Shown here: one piece after another, positions 50,592-63,834 of the stretch
How positions within the stretch are numbered: the stretch's first letter is position 1
How the letters are laid out: each line of letters begins with the position of its first letter
Assembly: GCA_951406725.2 (NCBI GenBank)
Contig: OX597824.1
Location: forward strand, 40,672,001-40,736,000
From: Octopus vulgaris
Lineage: Eukaryota
Direction: 5' to 3'
DNA length: 64,000 nucleotides
Notes under the pieces: generated by a model
What the model was told of the DNA's origin: nothing
Database searches by the model: none
Seen by the model: only the letters and a program-made list of their open reading frames with translations
Made by a program: the position numbers and the translations under genes

Positions 50592-52991
50592 TTAAGCATC
50601 TAACTTCTTGTGCGTTATTCTATGTACTTGTGGTTATTTTGTCTGATGAGTTGTAGTGCACCTAAGCACTGCATACAATAAGTTCATTATTATTGTTATT
50701 AGATCTTTGCACCAAGATTGCTGTTCACACTTGGTTATATTGTGTTGAATGACAAATGTATATGTAGTAGCAAAGAAAATGTTGGTGGTATTATGAAATG
50801 AGCTGCTTGTTGAAAAAGTCTTGACAGATCAGAACATAGTGTGAAGCCCTAGCAGAGATCAACTGATTATGAAATATAACGGTACAACTGCATGGCCACA
50901 GTTCAATAACTGAAACCAACAAAACATTAGAAGAATGAAAGAATAACCCCAGACTAAAATACTGTAATTTTGAGTCTCTTTAAACCCTACAAGGGCCTAG
51001 TATATTGAAGCCATATGTGCTTTGATTTAGACAAAAACAGCTTCTAAACTTACTGTTACATACAGAGAATGTGGTGATGTGGTTGATAAAAATACAACCC
51101 AGGGGTAGTTATACATAGAAGAATATAGAAATGATGTATTATTTTGTATATATAAAAATATACTTTGCATTGTTAGGGAAATTGATATTGCTTTAAAAAA
51201 AAAAGCAAATTTGTAAATGTTTGTTGACAAAAAAGAAAGAAAATTGAAATAGAGATTGGCCATATCATAACAGGTCAGTAGAGTTTTAGATAAGATGTGT
51301 AAAAGTCACAGCTGCTGTGCAATGAAATGAAATAAAACATTTCTAAATTACGTTTGAAGTGCATAAAATACTAATCTGTTTATAAATACAATGAAAGCTT
51401 CATAGAGAACAAAAGAATGTCAGATTCTCCAAGTTTAATGGTGACAGTCACAAATAAATTCCTTGTAGCCATCTCAATCACTTTAATAGACGTGGTGACA
51501 ATTGTTAATATAGCATCTGGATTAAGCTCCTGATGAATCTCAAAAATTATGTTGTAGGCACATTAGTGCGCATGAAAGTGATAAATAAATCCCTTGACAT
51601 TGCAGCCATCTCAACAAATTTAGGGACACAGCAATACTTGTTAATATAGCATCTGGATTAAGTACCTGGTTAATCTTAAAAGTTGATAACATTGGCACAT
51701 TTATGGGCTAAATAAACAGGATGTTGTCTCCAGATAATTATGCTGGGAAGTGATTACATACGAGGGCATAGCAAATGAAATCATTATAATTCTGTGGATA
51801 TATATATCTGTTCATGTCACAGATATATAACTCCTATAACACAAGATATTTACTACACTAGTTCCTGGTATTTAGATTGCTGTACATAAAAAGAATAATT
51901 CAAACTTGGTTTTGCTGTAGTGAATGACAAATGTAAGCGCAGAAGCAAGGAAAAATTCAATGGTAGAATGAAACATGCTGCTTGTTGAAAAAGTGTTGAC
52001 AGATCAGAATATAGTGTGAAGCGCTCATATCAACATGCATCACATCAGGGTCTGGTGAGCTCATGACAGTACTTGAGTATTACTCTAGGAGAACCACAGC
52101 ACTGCTAAATGGAAGTATGTTTGTGAAATTGGTGATGGTGAGTTAGAGTAACAATATTCACTACATTTGTTTTTGGATTAAGTTCATGGTATTCTTTGTA
52201 GGATGGATCTGAGTCACCTGGTAAAAGCTGTATCTGATTTTGTACATCATAGCTAGTCAGTTATCCAGCTCTGCTTTCTGCTTTGAAATGATTTGCAATA
52301 CTGCCTGAAGGGGAGCAATCCTGGTGGCCTCTGCTATTTGTTGTGACTATGTCTTCTATGAAACAACACAGCCAGCACAAAACTACTCTCTCAGTTACTG
52401 CAGCCAACCCCACGACTTTGTTACCAACTCCATAACTTCAACAAATTAGCAACACTTGTTAATATAACATCTAATTATTCTGAAATGTGATAATATAAGT
52501 GGATCTGGATGATGCCAATATGTCCAGGGTATGGTACAGTTGTTAACAAAATGGGTGTATTAGCTGATTGGTTCAAAGAATGATGATGTAGTTAAGTTTA
52601 TTGATAGCCATGTGTCTGCAGATAATAGAGCATACAGTTGAACAGGTACCAATTGATTGTCTCAGAATGTAATGGTACAGAGTAGCATTTTGGCAAACCA
52701 GCCTGTGGATAAACCATCAACAAAATCAGTCCATAAATCTGTGGATTTACATTCATATATCACTGAAACAACATGAATATAACATGTCATTTTTGCTGTT
52801 GTCATCATGATCATAATCGGCATCATCATCACTTAATGTCTATTTTCCATGCTGGTCAGTGTTAGTTTGACAGGATTTGATGAGCATTGGCTAGGTGCCC
52901 TTCCTAATGCCAACCGTTTAATAGTGTGGACTGGGTTTAGTTTTTTTTGTCTTTTTTTTTTTCATTTTGTAATATGTGCATTAGTGAGATT

Positions 52992-53115
52992 GTCTAGTAA
53001 TTTGCAAGGCAAAATTGTCAAATAACTTGCAAGAGAAAAGGTTGCCAAGTAACTTGCAAAGTAAAAAGCCACCAAGTAACTTGCAAGACAAGAGACCGCT
53101 AAGTAGTGTGCAAGT
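52992..53115. repeat. Degenerate 27-nt minisatellite, 4-5 units
   Basis: Recurring ccaagtaacttgcaa core. Confidence 0.7.
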
Positions 53116-53849
53116 TTGTTTATTTCTAACATATTGTTTCAGTTTTGAATGAAAATTAGTGTTGAAGTGGCAATTTATCAAGAAAAAAAACAAAAGTATA
53201 ACATTACTTTTGGTTCCCAGTTGTAACTATTCCTCTTATATTGGTCATACATATGGGAAAAATCATGAATATAACAAGCTGTGTAAATTTACTCCCTTCC
53301 CTGCTTTCCCTCTAGCAAATAATCAGTCACAATTGAATGACAAGATTAACCTCATTAATCTCTCTTTTATCATCTTACTCTCAGAAAGCAATGAGGACTG
53401 GCCCTTTTCCTTGGTATAACAACAATAATTGTTATGAATTTTAACAGACACGAGACCTCACATTTTTCAGGTGATTTGTAGTTAGTTTTAGTCAAATCCA
53501 GGACTTGTTTTATTGACCCTCAGAAGGATCAAAGATAAAGGTCATCCCCAACCCCAGTCATGTCAGATGGGAATGTATCTTGTGGAGATGGGGAATGACC
53601 GAGACTCTGATCAAGGGGTCGCCCAGCAGGACCTGGGAATACACAGATGGTGAATGAAGCAATTCACTGCAAAAGTGCATGCGCCCCGTACCTAACCTGA
53701 TCTTCAATATAATTAAAAAAAGAGTAGTAATCTATATCAAGAAATTAGTGATTTGAGCTCATAACAAAAATGGTCATAACTAAATACAAAAGCATTTAGC
53801 CTAACTCTCTGTTGGTCCTGCAATTTACCACTACTAATGATGTACATCT

Positions 53850-54162
53850 GGCACTCTGTCGGTTATGACAACAAGGGTTTTAGTTGATCTAATTGACAGA
53901 ACAGCCTTCTCAGGAAATTAACATGCAAGTGGCTGAGCACACCACAGACATGTGTACCCTTCACATAGTTCTCAGGGAGATTCAGCATGACTCAGAATGT
54001 GATAAAGTTGGCCCTTTGAAATACAGGTACTACTCATTTTTGCCAGCTGAGTGGACTGGAGCAACATGAAATAAAGTGTCTTGCTCAAGGACGCAAATTG
54101 TTGCCAGGAACTGAACTTACAACCTTTTGATCAGGATCTAAATACTCTAACCACTAAGCCAC
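53850..54162 (-). mobile_element. tRNA/CORE-like SINE family C
   Basis: Minus strand gtggcttagtggttagagta (A box)...agttcagttcc (B box)...ccttgagcaagacactttatttc CORE-like block. Confidence 0.75.
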
Positions 54163-54210
54163 TAATGTACATCTAAACATCTGTAAATTAAAATTTTGCA
54201 CAACCATTAA

Positions 54211-54430
54211 CCCTTTTGTTACTGTATTTATTTTGAGATGCTCTGTATTTCTTTCAATTACTTTCAATATAACAAAGAATTTAGTAAAATTACTTGGTTA
54301 TCATTAAGCTAGTGTTAGGAACATAAATTGTGACTAAGGTTTGGTGGAAAATTTTAATTCAAAACTTATGAAAACAAGACATTTGTACTCAGAGCCAGAG
54401 CCGGTTTCAGCCGGGTTGGTAATGAAAGGG
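54211..54430. mobile_element. piggyBac-like MITE, inverted relative to 50371-50591
   Basis: TTAA|CCCTTTTGTTAC...GTAATGAAAGGG|TTAA, 220 bp. Confidence 0.85.
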
Positions 54431-55734
54431 TTAACAACGTAAAACAGAAAATTAAATAATTAACTAATACAAAAAATGCATTGTAATTACTCTATATGGA
54501 TGATATAATTAATTTGATAGACATCATTACAATACCAATCCTTGACCATAATAGCAATGGCTACTATTATTATTATTTGTCCTGTTTAATGCAGCAACTT
54601 TGCTGGGGAATGTAACAAGGTATCAGTTGTCTACTGCTACACACTTTTCATTTGGATTTGGAGAACTTTGCAGAGGATTCGTGCAGTTACAAGCAACTCT
54701 GTTTTCTGTAGATAATTTATCTTCACATTTACTTCTATCTATTTAAGTCAGTTTGTGAGCTTGGTACTTAACTTTAATAGACTTGGTGACAATTGTTAAT
54801 ATAGCGTCTGTATTGAGCTCCTGATGAATTTCGAAGTTGATGTAGCCACATTAGTGCACATGAAAGTGACAAATAAATTTCCTGACATTGCAGCCATTTC
54901 AACATATTTAGGGACATAGCAACACTTGTTAATATAGATTCTGGATTAAGTCCCTGGTTAATCTTAAAGTTGATAATGTTGGCCCGTGTATGAGCACCAC
55001 CACATCTGGCTAAATAAATAGGATGTTCGCTCCTCTCCCTCTGTTGCCACCAACAACACTCAATGACCACAATCTTTTTATTTTCCACTTCAAAGCATTA
55101 TATATGATTTGCTTCTCTTCATTTGTTCAACACTCTGTGGTCAACAGGGAATGCAATATCTATGATTAAACAGTTATTTCCCTTTTATTCACAACCTATG
55201 TGTCCAACTTTTAATGTTCAATCTCATGATCACATTGGTTCATTACATCCCAAGTATCTTTACCATGTCATTCTTGAGTACTCCTACTGGGGGGGTTTCT
55301 CATACTATGTCTTTGCTGTATCCAATCCATAATAACCACATATCTCTCAGTGAATCATTCTTATGACATTATGACATTTTTTCGGCCAGCTTCATGCACA
55401 TATTCACAATATGTCACACACTCTCGCCTTTATCATTTATCATGTTGTTTCCTTGTGCAAAGTGCTTCATTTCATGTTGCTCTAGTTAATTCAGCTGAAA
55501 ACGAATAACAGCTGAATGCTAGTGCAGTTCTCTTTCCCTCAAGTTTTCATATACTGGATAAGTCACTGGGTCATTGTCTCTGTGTTCTTGTAACAATATA
55601 GACACCTAAAACAATTTGAAAAAGCATGGTACATATTACCAAGCTATATTCATTTGATGGGTGGAATTTTTTTTTTTTTCATCAATATGTGTTTGCACAA
55701 ATGCAGTTGGTTCAGAAAATAAAATAAGTAACAG

Positions 55735-56717
55735 GGTGTGCTGAAGGTGTAGCTGCTAGAATAAGAATAGCCTGGGCAAAGTTCAGAGAGCTCTTACCTC
55801 TGCTGGTGACAAAGGGCCTCTCGCTCAGAGTTAAAGGTAGACTGTATGATGCATGTGTACGAACAGCCATGCTACATGGCAGTAAAACATGGGCCGTGAC
55901 AGAGTGTAAGTACCTTGAGAGAAAAGTTGGACCTAAGAAGTATCAGATGTGGTGTGCAAGAGAGACAACTGCACTGGTATGGTTATGTGGTGAGAATGGA
56001 TGAGGTGAAAAAGTGCCACACCCTAGCGGTTGAGGGAACCTGTGGAAGAGGTAGACCCAGGAAAACCTGGGATGAAGTGGTGAAGCACGACCTTCGAACA
56101 TTAGGCCTCACCAAGGCAATGACTAGTGACCGAGACTTTTGGAAATATGCTGTGCTTGAGAAGACCCGGCAAGCAAAATGAGACCATAACCTCGTGGCCT
56201 ATGCCAGGAGTGTAACCAGCCCACTTATGCCTACCTTTCCTTCATTGGACACTAAACTCTTCTTGCAAAGACCTGTTGAGGCAATTGAAATTGAAATCAA
56301 ATTTGATAACTGGCATCTGTACTAGTGGAGCGCTAAGAACACCATCTGAGCATGATCATTGCCAGAGTGGCTAACTGGCTTCCATGCTGGTGGCACATAA
56401 AAAGCACCATTCGAGTGTGATCATTACCTTACCGGCACTTGAAAAAATATTCGAGCGAGGTCATTGCGAGTGCCACCATTTGAGTGTAGCTGTTGCTAGT
56501 ACCGCCTGACTGGCCCTCATGCCGGTGGCACATAAAAGCTCCCACTACACTCTTGGAGTGGTTGGCATTAGGAAGGGCATCCAGTTGTAGAAACTCAGCC
56601 AGATCAAGATTGGAGCCTGTTGCAGCCATCTGGTTTGCCAGTCCTCAGTCAAATCATCCAACCCATGCTAGCATGAAAAGTGGACGTTAAACGATGATGA
56701 TGATGAGGATGATGATG
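55735..56717 (+). mobile_element. RTE-clade LINE, 5'-truncated (RT C-terminus, 3' UTR, GAT tail)
   Basis: ARIRIAWAKFRELLPLL...LYDACVRTAMLHGSKTW...LHWYGYVVRM...GRGRPRKTWDEVV are RTE hallmarks; ends gttaaac(gat)n. Confidence 0.92.
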
Positions 56718-57884
56718 TTCCTAGTAATTCTTGATTCAATAATCATTAAGGCACCACCCTTCCTCTAACTTATAAATCAAATTTTATATTCAATATAAAT
56801 CAATATTAGTATTTTTTTTTTCTTTTAAAATTTTAAGAAATCGTGTTTCAGTCTCAGTAACAGTTTATTTACATCCACTGATTCACCAGATGTTCAAGTT
56901 AAACATAAACACAAACCACCTCAACCATACCACTCCAACTGAGATCAACAAGATGGTCCATCTTCTTTACTGAACTGTAAATAAGCAATAACAACAACAC
57001 ATAAAAAAAAAACAATAATAATCCTTCTGCTGCTGCTGCTGCTACTACTACTACTACTACTACAACAAAGGGAATTATTGTGTTGATCTAGAACACAATA
57101 CAGTGACAGTTTTTTTTTACAGTTGAACATCTTGTTAGTATGCCTTAATTTATGTTTGTATATATAAGTATATCTCCCTCTCCCTCTCCTCCCCTCTCTC
57201 TCTCTCTCTGTCTCTCACACACAAACACACGTGTATGTATATTTATATACAAACATACACATTGGTAAAAAAACAGTACTTGAATATCTAAGGTAGAGTA
57301 ATATGCTTTTATTAAAGCTACAAAATCCTCACAAAACTATACACAGTTATGCACGCATGTGTGTGCTCTCATTCCCTACACACACACATACACACCTTAT
57401 TGTTTTTCTGCAGGACTACTTGTGACACACATGGTAACTTGGAGAGAGATATGGAATTACTCGTCTATATAAATTCGAAAATGTTTTTTCTCTTATGTTA
57501 TGTTCGATGTCACCTGATCGAACGTGCATGGATTTATTAGAATTTTCAAATTTATAATCTAGAATATCATACTGAAGAAGGAAATGAATTTTACACTATT
57601 CTAATCCTGAAATGGGTACATGATTAACTAAGGCTGGTTAGTTATGAGTATTACTGTCTGTGGAGATATATTGTAGTAGAAGAATTAATAGTTTGACTGC
57701 TATTTCTAAATTTTGGTATGTGGTGAAGCAACTTTTGCTGAGCCCTTAATTATGTTTATAATTATAAAAAAAACTTTTTGTATAAGTTTTTACCGATAAT
57801 GGTTTTTTTTTCCTTACCGAACTACTTGGTAAAATTATTAATTATTAAATTAATAATTCTTTACCCTGCACCTATAATAAATAT

Positions 57885-58135
57885 ATGTGTGTGTGTGTGT
57901 GTGCATGCGTGCACGTGTGTGTGTATATGTTTGTGTGTCTACCTCCCACCAACATTGCCTGACAACTGATGCTGGTGTTTTTATGTCCCCCATAACTTAG
58001 CAGTTCAGCAAAAGAGACCGATAGAATAAGTACTAGGCTTACAAAGAATAAGCACTGGGGTCGATTTGCTCGACTAAAGGTGGTGCTCCAGCATGGCCAC
58101 AGTCAAATGACTGAGACAAGCAAAAGAAAGAAAAA
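57885..58135 (+). mobile_element. SINE family A, 3' half
   Basis: GT run then family 3' sequence. Confidence 0.8.
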
Positions 58136-58156
58136 AAGAAAAGAATACATATATAT

Positions 58157-58495
58157 AAAATTGAAATTGTAGTTGTGATACCTGTGCCGGTGGCACGTAA
58201 AAAGCACCATCCGAACGTGGCCGATGCCAGTGCCGCCTTGACTGGCTTCTGTGCCGGTGGCATGTAAAAAGTACCAACTGATTGTGGCCACTGCCAGCCT
58301 CCCCTGACACCTGTGCCGGTGGCATGTAAAATAGCACCCACTACACTCACGCAGTGGTTAGCGTTAGGAAGGGCATGAAGCTGTAGAAACACTGCCAGAT
58401 CAGATTGGAGCCTGGTGGAGCCTCCTGGCTTCCCAGACCCCGGTCAAACCATCCAACCCATGCTAGCATAGAAAACGGACGTTAAACGATGATGA
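58157..58495 (+). mobile_element. RTE LINE 3' UTR fragment
   Basis: Three gtgccggtggca(c/t)gtaaaa units then terminal sequence and GAT tail running into (TA)n. Confidence 0.8.
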
Positions 58496-58701
58496 TATAT
58501 ATATATACATGTGTGTGTGTGTGTATAATTATGACAAAGTGAAGGAGCATGGTCTAGTGGTTACGGTATAGCACTTGCGATTTCAAGATCGTGGTTTTGA
58601 TTCCTGAGTGTCAAAAACATTTGATCGATGCAAATAAATCATTTGTGCAGGTTGGTTGGCAATTGTGGAATCATCTTTCATGAGCTTGAGAGACTACCAA
58701 A

Positions 58702-58752
<51 letters not shown>

Positions 58753-59192
58753 TGCCTTTGTTTCCAGTCTGTGAAAGCATGTGGCTAACAAGTGCTTTTA
58801 TCTTTATTGAGGACAGGTGAGGGTTGCCAAAAAAGGCCATTCAACTGAACAAAATCTGCCTCTACAAATTTCATCCAACACAACTGAGCACGGAAAAGTG
58901 GATGTTAAAATGATGATGATATTTGAATGTATGTTTACGTTAGTGAGTTCATATTTACCTTGCATTTGTTGGTTTGTAAACAACAGCTTACTGATGACAT
59001 CATTTCCTTGCAGTCTACCACAAAAACATGCCTGGGCTGTTAGTTGCTCGATAGACTAAGAGATTATTTTCTATTTTCTTATTTGAAAACGAGTGGTGTT
59101 GGCAACAGGAACTATGTCTGACCCTTGTGAGCATGGAAAAGTAGATGTTAAAAAATGATAATGTAATATGTATATGCATATATTTGTATGTA

Positions 59193-59204
<12 letters not shown>

Positions 59205-59224
<20 letters not shown>

Positions 59225-61194
59225 AAACTGAAATGCGTTTTTACCGCTTGGATCGCTTTCAATGCTACTACATCCCGTCCGATTCGCTCCAAAATTTACA
59301 GGGACATGTAGAATGAGGTGACGATGCTCGTGGGCTACCTTAGAAATCCCTATCTTAAAAGGTGTGGTTGCTAGGGGCCATCTTCCTCACTCACGCTATT
59401 TCCTCCTTTCCCTCTCTTACTCCCCTTCATTTATAACTTTGATAATGCACTACCGTTATTTAAAGTATCTGTCACTCTCGCTATTTCCTCTCTTTTTCAC
59501 TGACTCTGTTTCCTACCTTCCCATCACTTCGGCGGCGTTCTTTTAAGTATCTGTCTGTCACCAACAACACACGAGCATGAGAACAAATATTATGAATCAG
59601 ATATTCTTGCGTTCATTTATATGTGTGTTCTATATGTAAATATGTATATATAATGTATGTGTGTGTGTGTTCTATATATAAATATGTATATATACAAAGT
59701 GTATATATCTGTATTTATGTATATTAAACTTTTTCATACTTTTTCATAGTTATATATACTTTTAAACAAATTATAAATATAATTTAATAATTTTTATTTT
59801 CAATTTAAATAATTTCAATTTTTCAATTTTATATTTTCTATATTTTCTATATTATATATTTTTTTTTATGTTTTTGTTTTTGGTTTTTCACTGTTTGATT
59901 TGCCTATTAGTGGTTTTCTCTCTAATTTAATTTATACAGATATATATCTCATTTGTATACATTTGTATATATAATGCATGCACACACACGCACACACATA
60001 TATATATACACATATATATATATATATAATGTGTGCATTACGTAGTTAAAAGTGCTGGCAAGTTTGCATGACAACTATTTTTTTTCCTCAAATGAAAGGC
60101 GTCACCTCTAGGACAAAATTCCTCATCTTATAAAATGTGGCCCCAGTAGACCCAAATGAAATTGGGTTATATTAACCAAAATGTGAAAAGGGGTCTAAAT
60201 GGGGCAGCTGGAAGGGGATTAAAATTTCAAGGAACGGGTGTTTAGGAATTCTCTGTTACATCAAGCTAAAAAATTTGCACCAGCCTTTTAATCGTCAATG
60301 TGTTGCCATCCATGATAAAGAAGTTTTGAATGCTTGCCATGGTGAGTCTACTGTCGTGAGAAAGAATCACTTCAAAACTTGGTGTTTACGAATTTTCTTT
60401 TACATCAAGTTCAAAATTTTACGCCAGCCATTAAACTGTCAATACGTTGTTGTCCGTCGTTAAGAAATGCCAGCCATGGTGACTCTACTATCCTCAGATT
60501 CTATCCCTTCAAAAGTTGGTTTCCAATATTTTATTATTTTTATTCAGCTTGCAAGTTCGTCTGTCCCTTTTAAATGTTAGCATTTTGCTGTCTGCCTTGA
60601 AGCAGACCTTTCCATTGCCACTGCCTGATATTTATGATTGATCTTTCTAAATATTTTATTTCTCAACTTACTCAAGATCTTCTGTTGTTTATAAATGGGA
60701 GAGAGATAGATAAAGATAGAGAGTAAGAGAAAGCGAGGGAGAGTCCGAGAGAAAAGAAAAGTAAGAGAGTGGGAAAGTGAGAGAGAAAGGAGAGAGAAAC
60801 AAAGACGGAGAATCATCATCATCATCATCATCGTTTAACGTCCGTTTTCCGTGCTAGCACGGGTTGGACAGTTTGACTGGGGTCTGGGAAGCCAGGAGGC
60901 TGCACCAGGCTCCAGTCTGATCTGGCAGTGTTTCTACAGGTGGATGACCTTCCTAACGCCAACCACTCTGTGAGTGTAGTGGGTGCTTTTTTCGTGCCGC
61001 CGGCACAGGTGCCAGGGGGGACACGCAGCGGCAACGATCGGTTGGTGCTTTTTACGTGCCACCGGCACAGAAGCAAGTCAAGGCGGCGCTGCAATCGGCC
61101 ACATTCGGATGGTGCTTTTTACATGCTGAAAGGAAGTAACAGAAAGTAACAACCACACTCTTACCCGCGCGTAGAGCGGGTCACCTTCAGCTAG
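59205..61194 (+). mobile_element. Non-autonomous Helitron containing an RTE 3' insertion
   Basis: 3' hairpin acccgc-gcgtaga-gcgggt (61163-61181) then CTAG|T; 5' end tatataaaactgaa resembles the 5' end of the 62631-63020 element, TC terminus obscured by the TA run. Confidence 0.6.
60812..61127 (-). mobile_element. RTE LINE 3' terminal fragment
   Basis: (ATC)n tail plus family 3' UTR. Confidence 0.8.
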
Positions 61195-61664
61195 TGTATA
61201 TATATAATAAAAACTTACTTGGAGAATCGAAACACGCATTGAGTCGAAACAGGGGCAGCTGATGAAGGGGAATATTCCTTGTATTGTTTGTCTTGTACTC
61301 TGTTTTTTCATTGTTAAAAAAAGTCCGTTTCCTTGTTTGATTTTATGTTTTCATTTCTCGTTGTGTTCTACGTTTATTTGTGGTGTCCTGTACTCATATA
61401 TATATATGCATGTATATATACATATAGATGTAGGTATGTACATATATGTATGTATGTATGTATGTATGCATACGTTTTATTTATTAAATTGTTATCATAT
61501 ATATATATATATATATATATATACATTCATACATACATATATATATATATATATTATATATTATATAATAAATATGTATATGTATGTATACCATATATGC
61601 TTATATGTAACAGATGAAGGTAAATATGTTAATATTGAATTGAAAAGAGGTGTCCTCTAGTTTT

Positions 61665-62235
61665 CATCATCTCATTTAACAATGCTTGCTAACATTGCAC
61701 GTCTCACTGTTTCTTTCCATTCTTAGGAGACATCCAGGTATTTAAGAGAATCTATTTCTCAGTCTTTTGTCATCTCTTCTGTGAGGCTTAGCATCTCGAG
61801 ACCAGCCTTCACTACTACTTTGGCCCATGTCTTCCTGGGCTTCCCTCTTCAACAATTTGAGTGACCAGCACCATCTTTTTTATGCAACTGTCCTCATCCA
61901 TACTCATCACATAACCAAATTAGTGCAGTCTTCTCTCATGCACATTACATTTGATTCCTTTTATGCCTAAGTTTTCTCTCAATACATTAGCACTTTGCCA
62001 TATATGTACTTTGACGTTGCATATCCAATGGGGCATACTAGGTTCATTTCTCTAGTCTTTGCATGTCTCCTGCATTCAGGGCCCGTGTCTCTCTACCATG
62101 TACCATTGCTGTTCGCACACAAGAAACATACAATTTGCCTTTCATTTGAAGAGAGAGACCTTTTGTTTCTAACAGAGGTAATAGCTCTCTGAACTTCCAT
62201 CCTATTCTTATTCTAGCAGCTGTACTTTCAGAGCA
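61665..62235 (-). mobile_element. Older RTE LINE RT C-terminal relic
   Basis: GGCSESTAARIRIGWKFRELLPLLETKGLSLQMKGKLYVSCVRTAMVHGRET...RGKPRKTW. Confidence 0.85.
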
Positions 62236-62630
62236 TCCTCCAGTGCATTTTCCGTATACAAAAACTTTTCTCTGTTAGCCTTCCTAGACATAATTTCTTT
62301 TCTATTTATTTTAAGAATACTTGTTTCTTGAACTGACTTGCAATGGCTGCAAGTATGAGTCCTAAGGAGTCTATTTAAAAATATATTTTCATTATATCTC
62401 TACATTAACATAAAACCTATGATTGGAGTTGGAAGAAAGGAGTCTAATGTTCATGCCTTTCCCAAAGCATTAAGACAGCATAGACAGATATTATGAGGAC
62501 AAATTTTTCAGTGGCTAGCCATAATTAATTGGTGACAGAAATTTAAAATAATAGATATTTAGTTGTCCTATGCAGTGAAACGTGTCAATTGCTTGATCAT
62601 TCCCTGTAAGAAATATCCATTTATAGTTTA

Positions 62631-63020
62631 CTAGAAGTATCGCCTGGCATTGCTCGGGTTTGTTTCGACCCTTTAGAGTTGGAATTTTTGAAAAGTAAAA
62701 ATTTTGCTTTATGTAGCTTGTTATTCTCTTTAAGTGAGCATTTTCCTGGATGAAATACACTGAAAAATGGCGGTACAGCAGTCAAAAAATTGTAAAAAAT
62801 AGGGATTTTCATAGAAAAAAAGCACCTTTTTGATGTAAATAATTTTTGGTGTTAACATGGTCCAATTTTAATTTTTTCTTCTACGGAAGGAAGAGCAAGC
62901 CTTCTTCTATCATACTATAATTTTTGCTCAACTTGCGCCGCAGGGTCTCGGAGGAGATAGTGTTAGTTGAAGGCTACCAAACCTGCCATACACAGACAAC
63001 TTCAGCTTTATATATATAGA
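62631..63020 (-). mobile_element. Non-autonomous Helitron, 390 bp
   Basis: Minus strand A|TCTATATATATAAAGCTG...cccgagcaatgccagg...CTAG|T; inserted between A and T, no TSD. Confidence 0.8.
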
Positions 63021-63834
63021 TTAGTCCTAATGAGATTACAGGATGGAGGAATAGATATTAGCAGTGCATGTAAGATAGTTCTCATTAAGGATAAAAACAT
63101 CTCATGTCAAAGATTCATACCTTCTAGGAATTTGTAATTTATGCATTAATTTGTAATCAGGAGACAGCCAAATCTTACCACACTCTTAGTCTATAGTCTG
63201 CTTCTGCTGTACTACAAATGAATTTGTCCATGTCTGCTTCAGGGATGGTTTCAGAAACATACTAGTTTTTATGAAAAGCTGATGGTCCCTAGCATCTCCT
63301 TTAACCAAAGCTGGGATTTTCTGGCATCATTTAAATGGAATTAATTGCACAATGATCAGCAGATTATGAGTGAGAGGGAGTAATTGTTACAAGTACTCTA
63401 TCGATCATAGAAGGTTGAAAGACAAAGCTGACTGCAGACGAGATGAAACAAACATCACAAGGTATTTGTGCAACATTCTGTCAATTGACTGTCCAAATTG
63501 AAGGAGATTTGGCTGCAATTTCTAACAGTAAAACAACAACATACAGACTTGTTTATTGGCTTGTGGGAATTATGTATATTTGTCATGGTGGGCACAGGAT
63601 GGTACCAGGGACCAAACTAAGTAAGGTATCACTATTAATAAACTGGAGAAAAAAGCGAATCAGATAGAAACTGATATTCCTCCCTCATATACCTAAAGTC
63701 TTGTGCTCACATATAAAAAGCAACAATTATCAAATGGGCAGTGAGCTGTGCAGGGACTGGAAATAGGTATATTCTTTTATTCTTTTACACATTTCTTTTT
63801 ATTCTTTTACACATTTTTACACATTATTCTTTTA

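Larger units (their letters stand above)
49611..55025. repeat. Locally amplified ~140-nt repeat (about 7 copies), possibly decayed Gypsy pol on the minus strand
   Basis: Core cttgttaatatagcatctggattaagtccctggttaatc..aagttgat at about 49650, 49790, 51500, 51637, 52455 (partial), 54793 and 54925; 50716-50850 also duplicates 51875-52025. Confidence 0.8.
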
